A DNA stretch of 64,000 bases, from assembly GCA_950097015.1 (NCBI GenBank), contig CATNEN010000039.1, forward strand, positions 20,894,001-20,958,000. The letters run 5' to 3'. Positions 35,691 through 48,886 of the stretch are shown here, piece after piece. This DNA comes from Macrostomum hystrix (Eukaryota; Animalia; Platyhelminthes). The notes below the pieces were generated by a model, which had not been told where the DNA came from, did no database searches, and was given only the letters and a program-made list of their open reading frames with translations. Made by a program: the position numbers and the translations under genes. Position 1 is the first letter of the stretch. Every line of letters begins with the position of its first letter.

Positions 35691-36627
35691 AGGCCGGAGG
35701 CCCTGGATGGGTCATCCAGCGCTGTTGCCCATTCTGTCCGGCTGCCCTAGGGTCAGCCTTGAACACTCGCGGGACGTGTACCCATGGGTCAGCTGACGGG
35801 ACAACGTGGAGAGGATTCCTGCACCCGGAGGCACAGGGCTCCATTCCTGCCAAGCCTGCTCAAAAAACGACTGCAGGTGTGAGGCATCGCAGACCTTAGC
35901 CCGTAGGCCTGGTCTGACTCATACCCCACAGGCATTGTGTCCCGCCGGTGCGAGCTGTCGCTGCCTCACTTTCCAATGGTCGCTGGTTCGTTCCTCCCTC
36001 CAAGTCACGATTATTTCGGGGCTTAGTTGGAGGTTTGCGAAGTAGTGACTTGCGGAGATGCACCTTATTCTGTGCAACCAAAGCTAATTTAAATTGCTTA
36101 ACCCCTGCCTTCTGCATGCCTGCTTGTTTGTGTTTGTGTTTGTGCGTTGGGCACCACCCCACACCCCCCCGATTCCAGCCGCGAGTTAGGCGTCGGCCTA
36201 GTCATTATTTTCCATACTAGGCCACCGCACAGGTATATGGCTTAATCTAGTAATCTAGTTGTCCCTGATTAGGCTTAACAAGAACAGAAGAAAAACAATG
36301 ACAACTCGACTGCAGAATTGAAAAGACTGCCAAAAGCAGTGTCTGCAGCACAAGAGCTCAAGTTGTGGCATCACAAGCAGCATCAGCGATCGAAATTAAT
36401 ACCCGAGCTTCAACCCAGAGGGTCACCATCTGGTTGGCGGAGTGGACATAAGACTGAATGGAGGCAGGGGCGGCAAGCTTCCTCTAAGGAAGCGGGCCCT
36501 CAGCATGGCTAATGTGAACTACCGGCTCGTCTGGCCCCCGAGTGCTCATAGAGCAGATGTGGCAACACACAGTCACCAGCTGCTCTACCCAACAGGCCAA
36601 CTGAGCATCTGTGGTGCAAAGAGCTAC

Positions 36628-37062
36628 CAGGGGTCGGCAAACTCCGGCCCGCGGGCCAGATGCGGCCCTCGAAGCTCCCAAATCCGGCCCGTTGCCCCTT
36701 CTGACATCTACAGTGTCCTGTTTCATCTCTCTCGTGTCTAATCTCTCCTGTGTCTCATCTCTCCTGCGTCTCATCGCTCTCGTGTCTAATCTCTCATGTG
36801 TCTCATCTTTCCTGCGTCTCATCGCTCTCGTGTCTAATCTCTCCCGTGTCTCATCGCTCTCGTGTCTAATCTCTCCCGTGTCTCATCGCTCTCGTGTCTT
36901 ATCTCTCCCGTGTCTTATCTCTCCCGTGTCTTATCTCTGCTGCGTCTCATCTCTCCCGTGTCTCATCTCTCCCCTATCTCATATTTATACAGTCAATGCG
37001 GCCCGCTGTCGTCTTTTAGGTTCTCTCTTTGGCCCGCCAGAAAATAAGTTTGCCTACCCCTG
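36628..37062. mobile_element. hAT-superfamily MITE with internal ~30-bp minisatellite
   Basis: TIRs caggggtcggcaaac / gtttgcctacccctg, subterminal ggcccgc motifs, flanking duplication agctac. Confidence 0.88.
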
Positions 37063-37749
37063 AGCTACTCCGACTCGCTCTCAAGGCTGCCCGCCGCTTC
37101 ATCGCTGAGACGAGTGCCGACTCAGCTGCTGCCTCGACAAGCTTTCTGTGTGAGAATTTTAAGACTTTAACTCCAAAGGAGAGCCTTGACGTATGTGAAG
37201 CTTTAATTGTCTCTGTTATATTTGTCTGTAATACTATTCCCAGTGCAAGCAATAAACCTGAGTCCTTCTCTGCTTATAACTTGTTAACTCCGTTTTTGCA
37301 AGTGTTTGCTTAAATGCAAACAAAATGAAGCTGAGAAACTTAGATTACAAATATGAAAATAAAAATAATTATGATTATTATTGAAATGCGCACGCCAATT
37401 GGGTGCTGATTTTTTGCTTATTTGATGTTGGTAACAAGGCTGAACGATTCGATTTAAAAAAGGCGATAGAAAAACAGTACATAATAGCATGCATAATATT
37501 AATTTTAGGTGAAAAAAATATTAGGATAATAGCCATTGGGTTTTTGCGAGTTACCATCAAATATAAGAAAACTAAAACTCATACTATAATCAAGCCTTCT
37601 ACGCTCGCAGCTATGGGCCTCAGGGCAGTGGCTTGTTTATTTAGCCTTAAGTATGCTTTCTATGAAGTCCACAAAACTTTCTGTTAATTATGTGCTTTCC
37701 TGTGTCATTAAATACACAACGTTGTCACCAGCTCTTAAGCTATCTAAAT

Positions 37750-38400
37750 TTCGAACAGTGCCTGACACTTTCTCTATGAATTTATTTCTAATTAGAACAT
37801 AAACGGACCAATCGCATCTTCGTTCTCTACCCCGACTCTACATTTGGACATGAATTCTGTTTTCATAGGCGATTTCGGTCTTGCAGTGCGCAATGTCTCA
37901 GGCCAGTTTGTGGTTTCCTAGACGAAATCAGGACATTGTGCGCCTTTGTTCTGGGTTAGAGATTATTGTTAGGTACTTTTCTCTGGAGAAATCTTTCTTA
38001 AACGTGTAATAGAAGTGGCTGAGCTTGGCTGATTTTCCCATCCTCTGAGTCCAGTGGCTTCGAAACTCTGACTCAAAGTTCTCCCTGTGCGTTTTGATGG
38101 ACTTTGTTTTTCTAGTCTGTTGACCATTCCGCATTACTTCGCTATTAATTTTTACCCAATGACAACATCGTTGTATTCTGTATCTGCCACCAATTTCGCG
38201 ATGATGGAGTATGGTCGGCTCCGAACTGAGGACCAGTATTGAAGGCTTCTTTTTTGAATACTATATAATACTATATAATATAATTAGTCTTCCTAATTCG
38301 GACCGGGCACCATTGCTGTCAGTGCTTGGACTAACTTGCAGAATCGACTTGCAGATTCTAAAATAGATTCTCTCTATAAGGTTCCGATCCCAAGTACCCA
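37750..38400 (-). pseudogene. Degenerate 3' part of a CR1/L2-group LINE ORF2
   Basis: Minus-strand remnants CKSILQV..STDSNGARSELGRL and FKKDFSREKYL...RRTMS*FRLGNHKL, typical of post-RT regions, with stops. Confidence 0.6.
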
Positions 38401-38559
38401 GTTTTATGGTAAGAAACCAACAGCTAAAGCCTTTCGCGTAGGTAAAAACTAGGCAGTATGTACTTTAAATGATCCCGTCCGCTGAGTGGCAGAATAGTAG
38501 AATAGAATAGAATCAGCACGAAGTACTGAACCGCCAGGTAATAATCCCAGCAAGATCGA

Positions 38560-38897
38560 AGAAAGGAGACTGGAGGAGGCTGTGTGAACTTTGGTCACCA
38601 GGTATAATTTATAACTAAAGGAGGGCTGAATGTATGGAAAATTATTCGCTGACTCCTGAGCACACACGCACACAAATACCGTAAGTCGGCAAATACGCTC
38701 ACACAGGTGCGAGTATCAGCTCTGATTTTCTCATCGTCAGGCCTTGGAGGTTTGTACTCGAGGTCGTAAATTCCACGACAAGCCCCCCAAGCCCTGTCTG
38801 CGGCTGCGTCTAAAAATAATGTGGCCTCGCCGCGGAATCGAGCTCAGGGACCTTGGTGCGAGAGGCAAACACTTTAACCGCTCTACCACCACTCACC
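38560..38897 (-). mobile_element. tRNA-derived SINE (older copy of the family at 55971)
   Basis: Reverse complement aligns by eye with 55971-56336: gagcggttaa, cgattcc, ggcgaggccacatt, ggcttgggggcttgtcgt, cctgacgatgagaaa, gtgtgtgctcaggagtcagcgaa. Confidence 0.85.
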
Positions 38898-39769
38898 TGC
38901 TTCATAGCGTTCGCTACTACTAGCGTACTTTTCGCCAGGAAAATAATAATGAGCCGTATTTAACTTTAGCAACGCCTATTTTTATAAGAAAACTAAGCTT
39001 TAATCCTTTGCTCGTGAAATCTATTCGTATTTGTCCATTTCAATTGTATTTGCCGGTACACTCACACGTTGGAAAAAATTCGTGTTTGCCTTACTAAGTT
39101 TTTTATTGCACACAAAAGACTATTACAATTGCGGGGCTGTAGACTAAAAAATAGGCTTATATTTGCTAGACATACAAAAAAACATTTTTTTTCAAAAGTA
39201 TTTTATCTTATTCGCGATTATACTCTATAAGCACTGTAGTGTTTTAGTCATTATTTTTAGGCTGCACAGAACACGCGGATAAATTGTTTAATAAATCGAA
39301 GCCCGGAAACTAGAAAATCATCCATGGGACATTGCTTTACAGGCTCCAGCTGCTGACAAACTGCTGCAGGATGTTCAGGACAACCGAAGCTATCAGAAGG
39401 AACAGAGCACGAGACACTTGATGGCCGGTGTTGCACAGGTCAGATTGGCAGCAGTAATAATTTTTCTCCTGCTTGCAAACGTGAGCAGCGGATCGACCGA
39501 CGCGTCCGTCAAAAATCGCTTTCTGTTTGTTGAAAAGTTGATTCTATTCAGAGGTTACATCGTGATGATTAAAGGATTAGAAATCATAACTTGGTGGCAG
39601 ACTCAAGTCTATGTGCATGGCCTCCCAAAGATTCCAGCACAGGGACCTTGGTATGGGAGGCAAACGAGCGAACAAATCTCTCCCTAAGCCCCAGATAATG
39701 GAAAGTTTAGTTTGATATTTTAATCACGAGCAAAATAAATTTTTGTGTATTTTTTAATCCTAATGACAG

Positions 39770-42700
39770 GACTGCGAAGCTACTTAACTGACATTCTTCG
39801 GGACTGCAAAGCTACTGGACTGAGATTCTTCAGAACAGCAAAGCTACTGGACTGAGATTCTTCAGGACTGCAAAGCTACTGGACTGAGATTCTACAGGAC
39901 TGCAAAGCTACTGGACTGGGATTCTTCAGGACTGCAAAGCTACTGGAATCAGATTCTTCAGGACTGCAAAGCTACTGGACTGAGATTCTACAGGACTGCA
40001 AAGCTACTGGACTGGGATTCTTCAGGACTGCAAAGCTACTGGAATGAGATTCTTCAGGACTGCAAAGCTACTGGAATCAGATTCTTCAGGACTGCAAAGC
40101 TACTGGAATGAGATTCTTCAGGACTGCAAAGTTATTGGACCGAGATTCTTAAGTACTGCAAAGCTACTGGAATGAGATTCTTCAGAACTGCAAAGCTACT
40201 GGACTGAGATTCTTCAGGACTGGAAAGCTACTGGACTGAGATTCTTCAGGACTGCAAAGCTACTGGACTGAGATTCTTAAGGACTGCAAAGCCAATTAAT
40301 GGACTGACATTCTTCAGGACTGCAAAGCTACCGGAATGAGATTCTACAGAACTGCAAAGCTACTGGACTGAAATTCTACAGGACTGCAAAGCTACTGGAC
40401 AGAGATTCTTCAGGACTGCAAAGCTACTGGACTGAGATTCTTCACGACTGCAAAGCTACTGGACTGGGATTCTTCAGGACTGCAAAGCTACTGGACTGAA
40501 ATTCTTGAGGACTGCAAAGCTACTGGACTGAGATTCTTCAGGACTGCAAACCTACTGGACTGAGATTCTTGAGGACTGCAAAGCTACTGGACTGAGATTG
40601 TTTAGAGCTGCAAAGCTACCGGACTGAAATTCTTTAGGGCTGCAAAGCTACTGGACTAAGATTCTTTAGGACTGCAAAGCTACTGGACTGAGATTCTTCA
40701 GGACTGCAAAACTACTGGACTGAGATTCTTCAGGACTGCAAAGCTACTGGACTGAGTTTCTTCAGGACTGCAAAGCTACTAGACAGAGATTCTTCTAGAC
40801 TGCAAAGCTACTGGATTGAGATTCTTCAGAACTGCAAAGCTACTGGACTGAGATTCTTCGGGATTGCAAAGCTACTGGAGTGAGATTCTTCAGGACTGCA
40901 AAGCTACTGGACTTAAATTCTTTAAGGCTGCAAACCTACTGGACTGAGATTCTTCAGGACTGCAAACCTACTGGACTGAGATTCTTCAGGACTGCAAACC
41001 TACTGGACTGAGTTTCTTCAGGACTGCAAAGCTATTAGACTGAGATTCTTCTAGACTGCAAAGCTACTGGACTGAGATTCTTCAGAACTGCAAAGCTACT
41101 GGACTGAGATTCTTAAGGACTGCAAAGCTAATTAATGGACTGACATTCTTCAGGACTGCAAAGCTACCAGACTGAGATTCTTCAGGACTGCAAAGCTACC
41201 GGAATGAGATTCTACAGGACTGCAAAGCTACTGGACTGAGATTCTTCGGGACTGCAAAGCTACTGGAATGAGATTCTTCAGGACTGCAAAGCTACCGGAA
41301 TGAGATTCTACAGGACTGCAAAGCTACTGGACTGAGATTCTTCAGGACTGCAAACCTACTGGACTGAGATTCTTCAGGACTGCAAAGCTACTTGACTGAG
41401 ATTCTACAGGACTGCAAAGCTACTGGACTGGGATTCTTCAGGACTGCAAAGCTACTGGAATGAGATTCTTCAGGACTGCAAAGCTACTGGAATGAGATTC
41501 TTAAGGACTGCAAAGCTACTGGAATGAGATTCTTCAGGACTGCAAACCTACTGGACTGAGATTCTTCAGGACTGCAAACCTACTGGACTGAGTTTCTTCA
41601 GGACTGCAAAGCTATTAGACTGAGATTCTTCTAGACTGCAAAGCTACTGGACTGAGATTCTTCAGAACTGCAAAGCTACTGGACTGAGATTCTTAAGGAC
41701 TGCAAAGCTAATTAATGGACTGACATTCTTCAGGACTGCAAAGCTACCAGACTGAGATTCTTCAGGACTGCAAAGCTACCGGAATGAGATTCTACAGGAC
41801 TGCAAAGCTACTGGACTGAGATTCTTCGGGACTGCAAAGCTACTGGAATGAGATTCTTCAGGACTGCAAAGCTACCGGAATGAGATTCTACAGGACTGCA
41901 AAGCTACTGGACTGAGATTCTTCAGGACTGCAAACCTACTGGACTGAGATTCTTCAGGACTGCAAAGCTACTGGACTGAGATTCTACAGGACTGCAAAGC
42001 TACTGGACTGGTATTCTTCAGGACTGCAAAGCTACTGGAATGAGATTCTTCAGGACTGCAAAGCTACTGGAATGAGATTCTTAAGGACTGCAAAGCTACT
42101 GGAATGAGATTCTTCAGGACTGCAAACCTACTGGACTGAGATTCTTAAGGACTGCAAAGTTACTGGAATGAGATTCTTGAGGACTGCAAAGCTACTGGAC
42201 TGAGATTCTTTAGAGCTGCAAAGCTACCGGACTGAAATTCTTTAGGGCTGCAAAGCTACTGGACTGAGATTCTTTAGGACTGCAAAGCTACTGGACTGAG
42301 ATTCTTCAGGACTGCAAAGCTACTGGACTGAGATTCTTCAGGACTGCAAAACTACTGGACTGAGATTCTTCAGGACTGCAAAGCTACTGGACTGAGTTTC
42401 TTCAGGACTGCAAAGCTACTAGACTGAGATTCTTCTAGACTGCAAAGCTACTGGACTGAGATTCTTCAGAACTGCAAAGCTATTGGACTGAGATTCTTCG
42501 GGATTGCAAAGCTACTGGAGTGAGATTCTTCAGGACTGCAAAGCTACTGGACTTAAATTCTTTAAGGCTGCAAACCTACTGGACTGAGATTCTTCAGGAC
42601 TGCAAACCTACTGGACTGAGTTTCTTCAGGACTGCAAAGCTATTAGACTGAGATTCTTCTAGACAGCAAAGCTACTGGACTGAGATTCTTCAGAACTGCA

Positions 42701-45700
42701 AAGCTACTGGACTGAGATTGTTCGGGATTGCAAAGCCACTGGAGTGAGATTCTTCAGGACTGCAAAGCTACTGGACTTAAATTCTTAAAAGCTGCAAACC
42801 TACTGGACTGAGATTCTTCAGGACTGCAAACCTACTGGACTGAGTTTCTTCAGGACTGCAAAGCTATTAGACTGAGATTCTTCTAGACTGCAAAGCTACT
42901 GGACTGAGATTCTTCAGAACTGCAAAGCTACTGGACTGAGATTCTTAAGGACTGCAAAGCTAATTAATGGACTGACATTCTTCAGGACTGCAAAGCTACC
43001 AGACTGAGATTCTTCAGGACTGCAAAGCTACCGGAATGAGATTCTACAGGACTGCAAAGCTACTGGACTGAGATTCTTCGGGACTGCAAAGCTACTGGAA
43101 TGAGATTCTTCAGGACTGCAAAGCTACCGGAATGAGATTCTACAGGACTGCAAAGCTACTGGACTGAGATTCTTCAGGACTGCAAACCTACTGGACTGAG
43201 ATTCTTCAGGACTGCAAAGCTACTGGACTGAGATTCTACAGGACTGCAAAGCTACTGGACTGGGATTCTTCAGGACTGCAAAGCTACTGGAATGAGATTC
43301 TTCAGGACTGCAAAGCTACTGGAATGAGATTCTTAAGGACTGCAAAGCTACTGGAATGAGATTCTTCAGGACTGCAAACCTACTGGACTGAGATTCTTCA
43401 GGACTGCAAACCTACTGGACTGAGTTTCTTCAGGACTGCAAAGCTATTAGACTGAGATTCTTCTAGACTGCAAAGCTACTGGACTGAGATTCGTCAGAAC
43501 TGCAAAGCTACTGGACTGAGATTCTTAAGGACTGCAAAGCTAATTAATGGACTGACATTCTTCAGGACTGCAAAGCTACCAGACTGAGATTCTTCAGGAC
43601 TGCAAAGCTACCGGAATGAGATTCTACAGGACTGCAAAGCTACTGGACTGAGATTCTTCGGGACTGCAAAGCTACTGGAATGAGATTCTTTAGGACTGCA
43701 AAGCTACCGGAATGAGATTCTACAGGACTGCAAAGCTACTGGACTGAGATTCTTCAGGACTGCAAACCTACTGGACTGAGATTCTTCAGGACTGCAAAGC
43801 TACTGGACTGAGATTCTACAGGACTGCAAAGCTACTGGACTGGGATTCTTCAGGACTGCAAAGCTACTGGAATGAGATTCTTCAGGACTGCAAAGCTACT
43901 GGAATGAGATTCTTAAGGACTGCAAAGCTACTGGAATGAGATTCTTCAGGACTGCAAACCTACTGGACTGAGATTCTTAAGGACTGCAAAGTTACTGGAA
44001 TGAGATTCTTGAGGACTGCAAAGCTACTGGACTGAGATTCTTTAGAGCTGCAAAGCTACCGGACTGAAATTCTTTAGGGCTGCAAAGCTACTGGACTGAG
44101 ATTCTTTAGGACTGCAAAGCTACTGGACTGAGATTCTTCAGGACTGCAAAGCTACTGGACTGAGATTCTTCAGGACTGCAAAACTACTGGACTGAGATTA
44201 TTCAGGACTGCAAAGCCACTGGACTGAGTTTCTTCAGGACTGCAAAGCTACTAGACTGAGATTCTTCTAGACTGCAAAGCTACTGGACTGAGATTCTTCA
44301 GAACTGCAAAGCTATTGGACTGAGATTCTTCGGGATTGCAAAGCTACTGGAGTGAGATTCTTCAGGACTGCAAAGCTACTGGACTTAAATTCTTTAAGGC
44401 TGCAAACCTACTGGACTGAGATTCTTCAGGACTGCAAACCTACTGGACTGAGTTTCTTCAGGACTGCAAAGCTATTAGACTGAGATTCTTCTAGACAGCA
44501 AAGCTACTGGACTGAGATTCTTCAGAACTGCAAAGCTACTGGACTGAGATTTTTCGGGATTGCAAAGCCACTGGAGTGAGATTCTTCAGGACTGCAAAGC
44601 TACTGGACTTAAATTCTTAAAAGCTGCAAACCTACTGGACTGAGATTCTTCAGGACTGCAAACCTACTGGACTGAGATTCTTCAGGACTGCAAACCTACT
44701 GGACTGAAATTCTACAGGACTGCAAAGCTACTGGACAGAGATTCTTCAGGACTGCAAAGCTACCGGACTATGATTCTTGAGGACTGCAAAGCTACTGGAC
44801 TGAGATTCTTCAGGACTGCAAAGCTACTGGACTGGGATTCTTCAGGACTGCAAAGCTACCGGACTGAAATTCTTGAGGACTGCAAAGCTACTGGACTGAG
44901 ATTCTTCAGGACTGCAAAGCTACTGGACTGAGATTCTTCAGGACTGCAAAGCTACTGGACTGAGATTCTTCAGGACTGCAAAGCTACTGGACTGAGATTC
45001 TTGAGGACTGCAAAGCTACTGGACTGAGATTCTTTAGGACTGCAAAGCTACTGGACTGAGATTCTTCAGGACTGCAAAGCTACTGGACTGAGATTCTTCA
45101 GGACTGCAAAGCAACTGGACTGAGATTCTTCAGAACTGCAAAGCTACTCGACTAAATTCTTCAGGACTGCAAAGCTACAGGACTGAGATTCTTCAGGACT
45201 GAAAAGCTACTGGACTGAGATTCTTCAGGACTGCAAAGCTACTGGACTGAGATTCTACAGGACTGCAAAGCTACTGGACTGGGATTCTTCAGGACTGCAA
45301 AGCCACTGGACTTAAATTCTTTAAGGCTGCAAACCTACTGGACTGAGATTCTTCAGGACTGCAAACCTACTGGACTGAGTTTCTTCAGGACTGCAAAGCT
45401 ATTAGACTGAGATTCTTCTAGACTGCAAAGCTACTGGACTGAGATTCTTCAGAACTGCAAAGCTACTGGACTGAGATTCTTCGGGATTGCAAAGCCACTG
45501 GAGTGAGATTCTTCAGGACTGCAAAGCTACTGGACTTAAATTCTTTAAAGCTGCAAACCTACTGGACTGAGATTCTTCAGGACTGCAAACCTACTGGACT
45601 GAGATTCTTCAGGACTGCATACCTACTGGACTGAAATTTTACAGGACTGCAAAGCTACTGGACAGAGATTCTTCAGGACTGCAAAGCTACCGGACTATGA

Positions 45701-46543
45701 TTCTTGAGGACTGCAAAGCTACTGGACTTAGATTCTTCAGGACTGCAAAGCTACTGGACTGGGATTCTTCAGGACTGCAAAGCTACCCGACTGAAATTCT
45801 TGAGGACTGCAAAGCTACTGGACTGAGATTCTTCAGGACTGCAAAGCTACTGGACTGAGATTCTTGAGGACTGCAAAGCTACTGGACTGAGATTCTTCAG
45901 GACTGGAAAGCTACTGGACTGAGATTCTTCAGGACTGCAAAGCTACTGGACTGAGATTCTTCAGAACTGCAAAGCTACTGGACTAAATTCTTCAGGACTG
46001 CAAAGCTACAGGACTGAGATTCTACAGGACTGCAAAGCTACTGGACTGAGATTCTTCAGAACTGCAAAGCTACTGGACTAAATTCTTCAGGACTGCAAAG
46101 CTACAGGACTGAGATTCTTCAGGACTGCAAAGCTACTGGACTGAGATTCTTCAGGACTGCAAAGCTACTGGACTGAGATTCTACAGGACTGCAAAGCTAC
46201 TGGACTGGGATTCTTCAGGACTGCAAAGCTACTGGAATGAGATTCTTCAGGACTGCAAAGCTACTGGACTGAGATTCTTCAGGACTGCAAAGCTACTGGA
46301 CTGAGATTCTTCAGAACTGCAAAGCTACTGGACTAAATTCTTCAGGACTGCAAAGCTACAGGACTGAGATTCTTCAGGACTGCAAAGCTACTGGACTGAG
46401 ATTCTTCATGACTGCAAAGCTACTGGACTGAGATTCTACAGGACTGCAAAGCTACTGGACTGGGATTCTTCAGGACTGCAAAGCTACTGGAATGAGATTC
46501 TTCAGGACTGCAAAGTTACTGGACCGAGATTCTTAAGTACTGC
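39770..46543. repeat. 32-bp satellite (ggactgcaaagctact-ggactgagattcttca), left block
   Basis: About 210 tandem units, each made of two 16-bp halves starting ggactg; higher-order structure present. Confidence 0.98.
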
Positions 46544-48867
46544 TGATGTGGAGTGTGCTGCGGGAATCGAGTGGGAATGTGAGCCAGCCGAATTTTTCCA
46601 ATTTTTAGCAAGTTAATAATCGCGACCCACATAGCAGCTGGCCGCAGAACACCATCATTAATCTTAGGGCCAGACTTGGGGCGGAGGTGAATTAAGTAGC
46701 CGCCGATTCCCCTTGTCTCGGATCTGTCTAGTCCCCTGTAGAAGTGACTGATCGCGGCCATAGCAATACTGTATGGACTAGTTTAGGTCATAATTCCCCT
46801 CCAAACCGCGATCAGATTGTAGGGATCACTCATGCGTCTAGAGTGAGCATTAATTCTTCATGTCCCTTTTCTTTACTGTAACCCGAGCCGAAGCTCGATT
46901 ATGACCTTTCCCCCTTTAGATACATGTAACGACACTATAGGCAGGTCGGCGCCTGCGCTTCCCATATCCCGGCGGGATCACAATCATTGGCCGACTGCCG
47001 GCAGACGCTCCTAGTGGAGCATCTGGCGATTCTCGCCGCCGCTTCAGTGGGCAATTGGGGTGGCATAATGCCGACCCGATTCCTCGCTGACAGGCTGGCG
47101 AGCATGTGGGTTATTTTGATGAATGCGAGGTTGACGGAGCTGCAGGACTATTTAAGAGAGCGCGCTGCGCTGCCCCTAGGACAACCTTCCCTCCACCCTG
47201 GACTAAAACCTACCCCCCTTCCTGTCTGGTCCCGGAACACGGTCCGTGGACTCTCCCCCTTACTAGATAGGACTTAGCCCCTGAGCCTAAGGCTCCAGAT
47301 CATAGCAGCAGGCAACTACCTGCTAGTGCCCCTAAGCGCAAGCCACCTCCTTGGGTGAGCTCCAAATTGAGCCGTGTGCTCCTGCGATTTGGTCCCTTGC
47401 CAATCGCACTAGGCACCCCCGTCCCTACTTCCTCTTTCAATTGCCTTTCCCAGCGAGACCAACGGCCTGCAGCCTGTCAACCAGCATCGCAGATAAGTAA
47501 CCCGCGTAGCGGACTTTTATTGCTATCCCTAAGGGATTTATTATCTAGCTAGTGGGCAATTGGGGCAAGGGCAGGGTTTCGATTCTAGCCTAATAAACTA
47601 TTATTCATCTTAGTCGCCAATCATTTAACTATTAGGCAATTTAGTAACAATTTAAATCACTTTCTATCATGCTGTTATTTCCCCTTTATTTTCTCATTGG
47701 ACAGCCCTCAATCATGAGTGGCTAATTCACTAGGGGAATGGGCTCTGGCGAGGCCGAGCTGAAAGCTGCGGCAAGAAGGCTACTGTGAGCGCGCATGAGA
47801 GTAATATGGAGCTAGGGATTTGCGAGCTAAATGCGGGATGTAGCGTGTGCATTTCTGCCTACGAGGTGGGGGATTCCTTGGCCGGCTTTCCTCACTCTCT
47901 CGGCGGGTTCCAGTGTATGCGTCAAGTTCCTTTGCCAATTTGAATTCTCCCTCTTTTCCCCGCCTTTCGCAACCGCGGCCATGGGAGCGAGAGGCGTGAT
48001 CTAATAATTTCCTGCTTGCATAATCACTCAGCCAGTGTTCAGCTTAATCTCTCCTGCCTCTGTTCTCCTCAACTCACACAGAATCGGCTTGCTAGTTATC
48101 TAATGAGTAGGCTGCAGTCTAATGTACGGAATGTGTCTAATGTCTCATGAGTAGGATTCTGGCTATGGATTTCTCATTCGGGTTCGGAGTACCACCTTTC
48201 TAGACCACTGTAGCGCAGTTTCAGGAATCCCCTTGTGAGGCGTGACTCGATCCATTCTGGGGTTCTCACCCTAGTCTAAAACGGAAGTTACAGAATGCTC
48301 TATTTTTCGGCTTGTCTAAGATCTGTGTGACAAACTGGGAGCTGCGAGCTCCGGGGACCCAAGTTCCCAAATGTCTGCGGTGGCAACGTAGGCGCATTGG
48401 GTGGTGGTGCTACCTTCGATCATTATCCGCTTTGCCGATAGCCTTTCCGCATTTCTAAGACAAGAGCCTAGGCCGAGTCGACCACTGCTACCAAAGTTAG
48501 GAGTCAGTTACGAACATGCTACTGATGACAGTAGGCTATCTAGCCCTGTCCTATTCGCTTGCGGGTAGTCCGACATCTATTTAGACTTTTAGCCGGTTTC
48601 GAGCACTGCTTGGGGTGGGCACGGCAGTCATGCCTGTGGCCTATGGGTTGGGTGGGACTGGCCAGCCTGAGGCCAATAGGACCACTCACTTGCATCCTTT
48701 GTACCGCCTCATCTCTCCCTTCATCTCTCCCTTCATCCCTCCCTTCGTCATCCCTCTCTGCGACAACTCGCGGCAGCAGCGATCGACCTCCGACTCTATC
48801 GTCGTTTTCCACACTCCTATCTTTCATGAGGGCGGTCATCGGCTGGCAAAAGGCCCGCACTATTTCA
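46544..48867 (+). repeat. 5' LTR (2324 bp)
   Basis: Direct repeat of 53551-55874 (offset 7007). TATTTAA at 47149 and AATAAA at 47592. Confidence 0.97.
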
Positions 48868-48868
48868 A

Positions 48869-48886
48869 TGGTGGCAGCGGTGGGAT
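48869..48886 (+). promoter_or_regulatory. Primer binding site complementary to the tRNA-Leu 3' end
   Basis: tggtggcagcggtgggat lies 1 nt after the LTR and is the reverse complement of the metazoan tRNA-Leu(AAG-type) 3' end plus CCA. Confidence 0.9.

Larger units (their letters stand above)
29808..36290 (-). mobile_element. Full-length LOA-type (I-group) non-LTR retrotransposon; 5' boundary approximate
   Basis: Two intact ORFs, a ~1.1-kb 5' UTR and a short 3' UTR ending in a (taagtcaag)2 tail. GC-rich relative to the flanks. No clear TSD. Confidence 0.9.
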
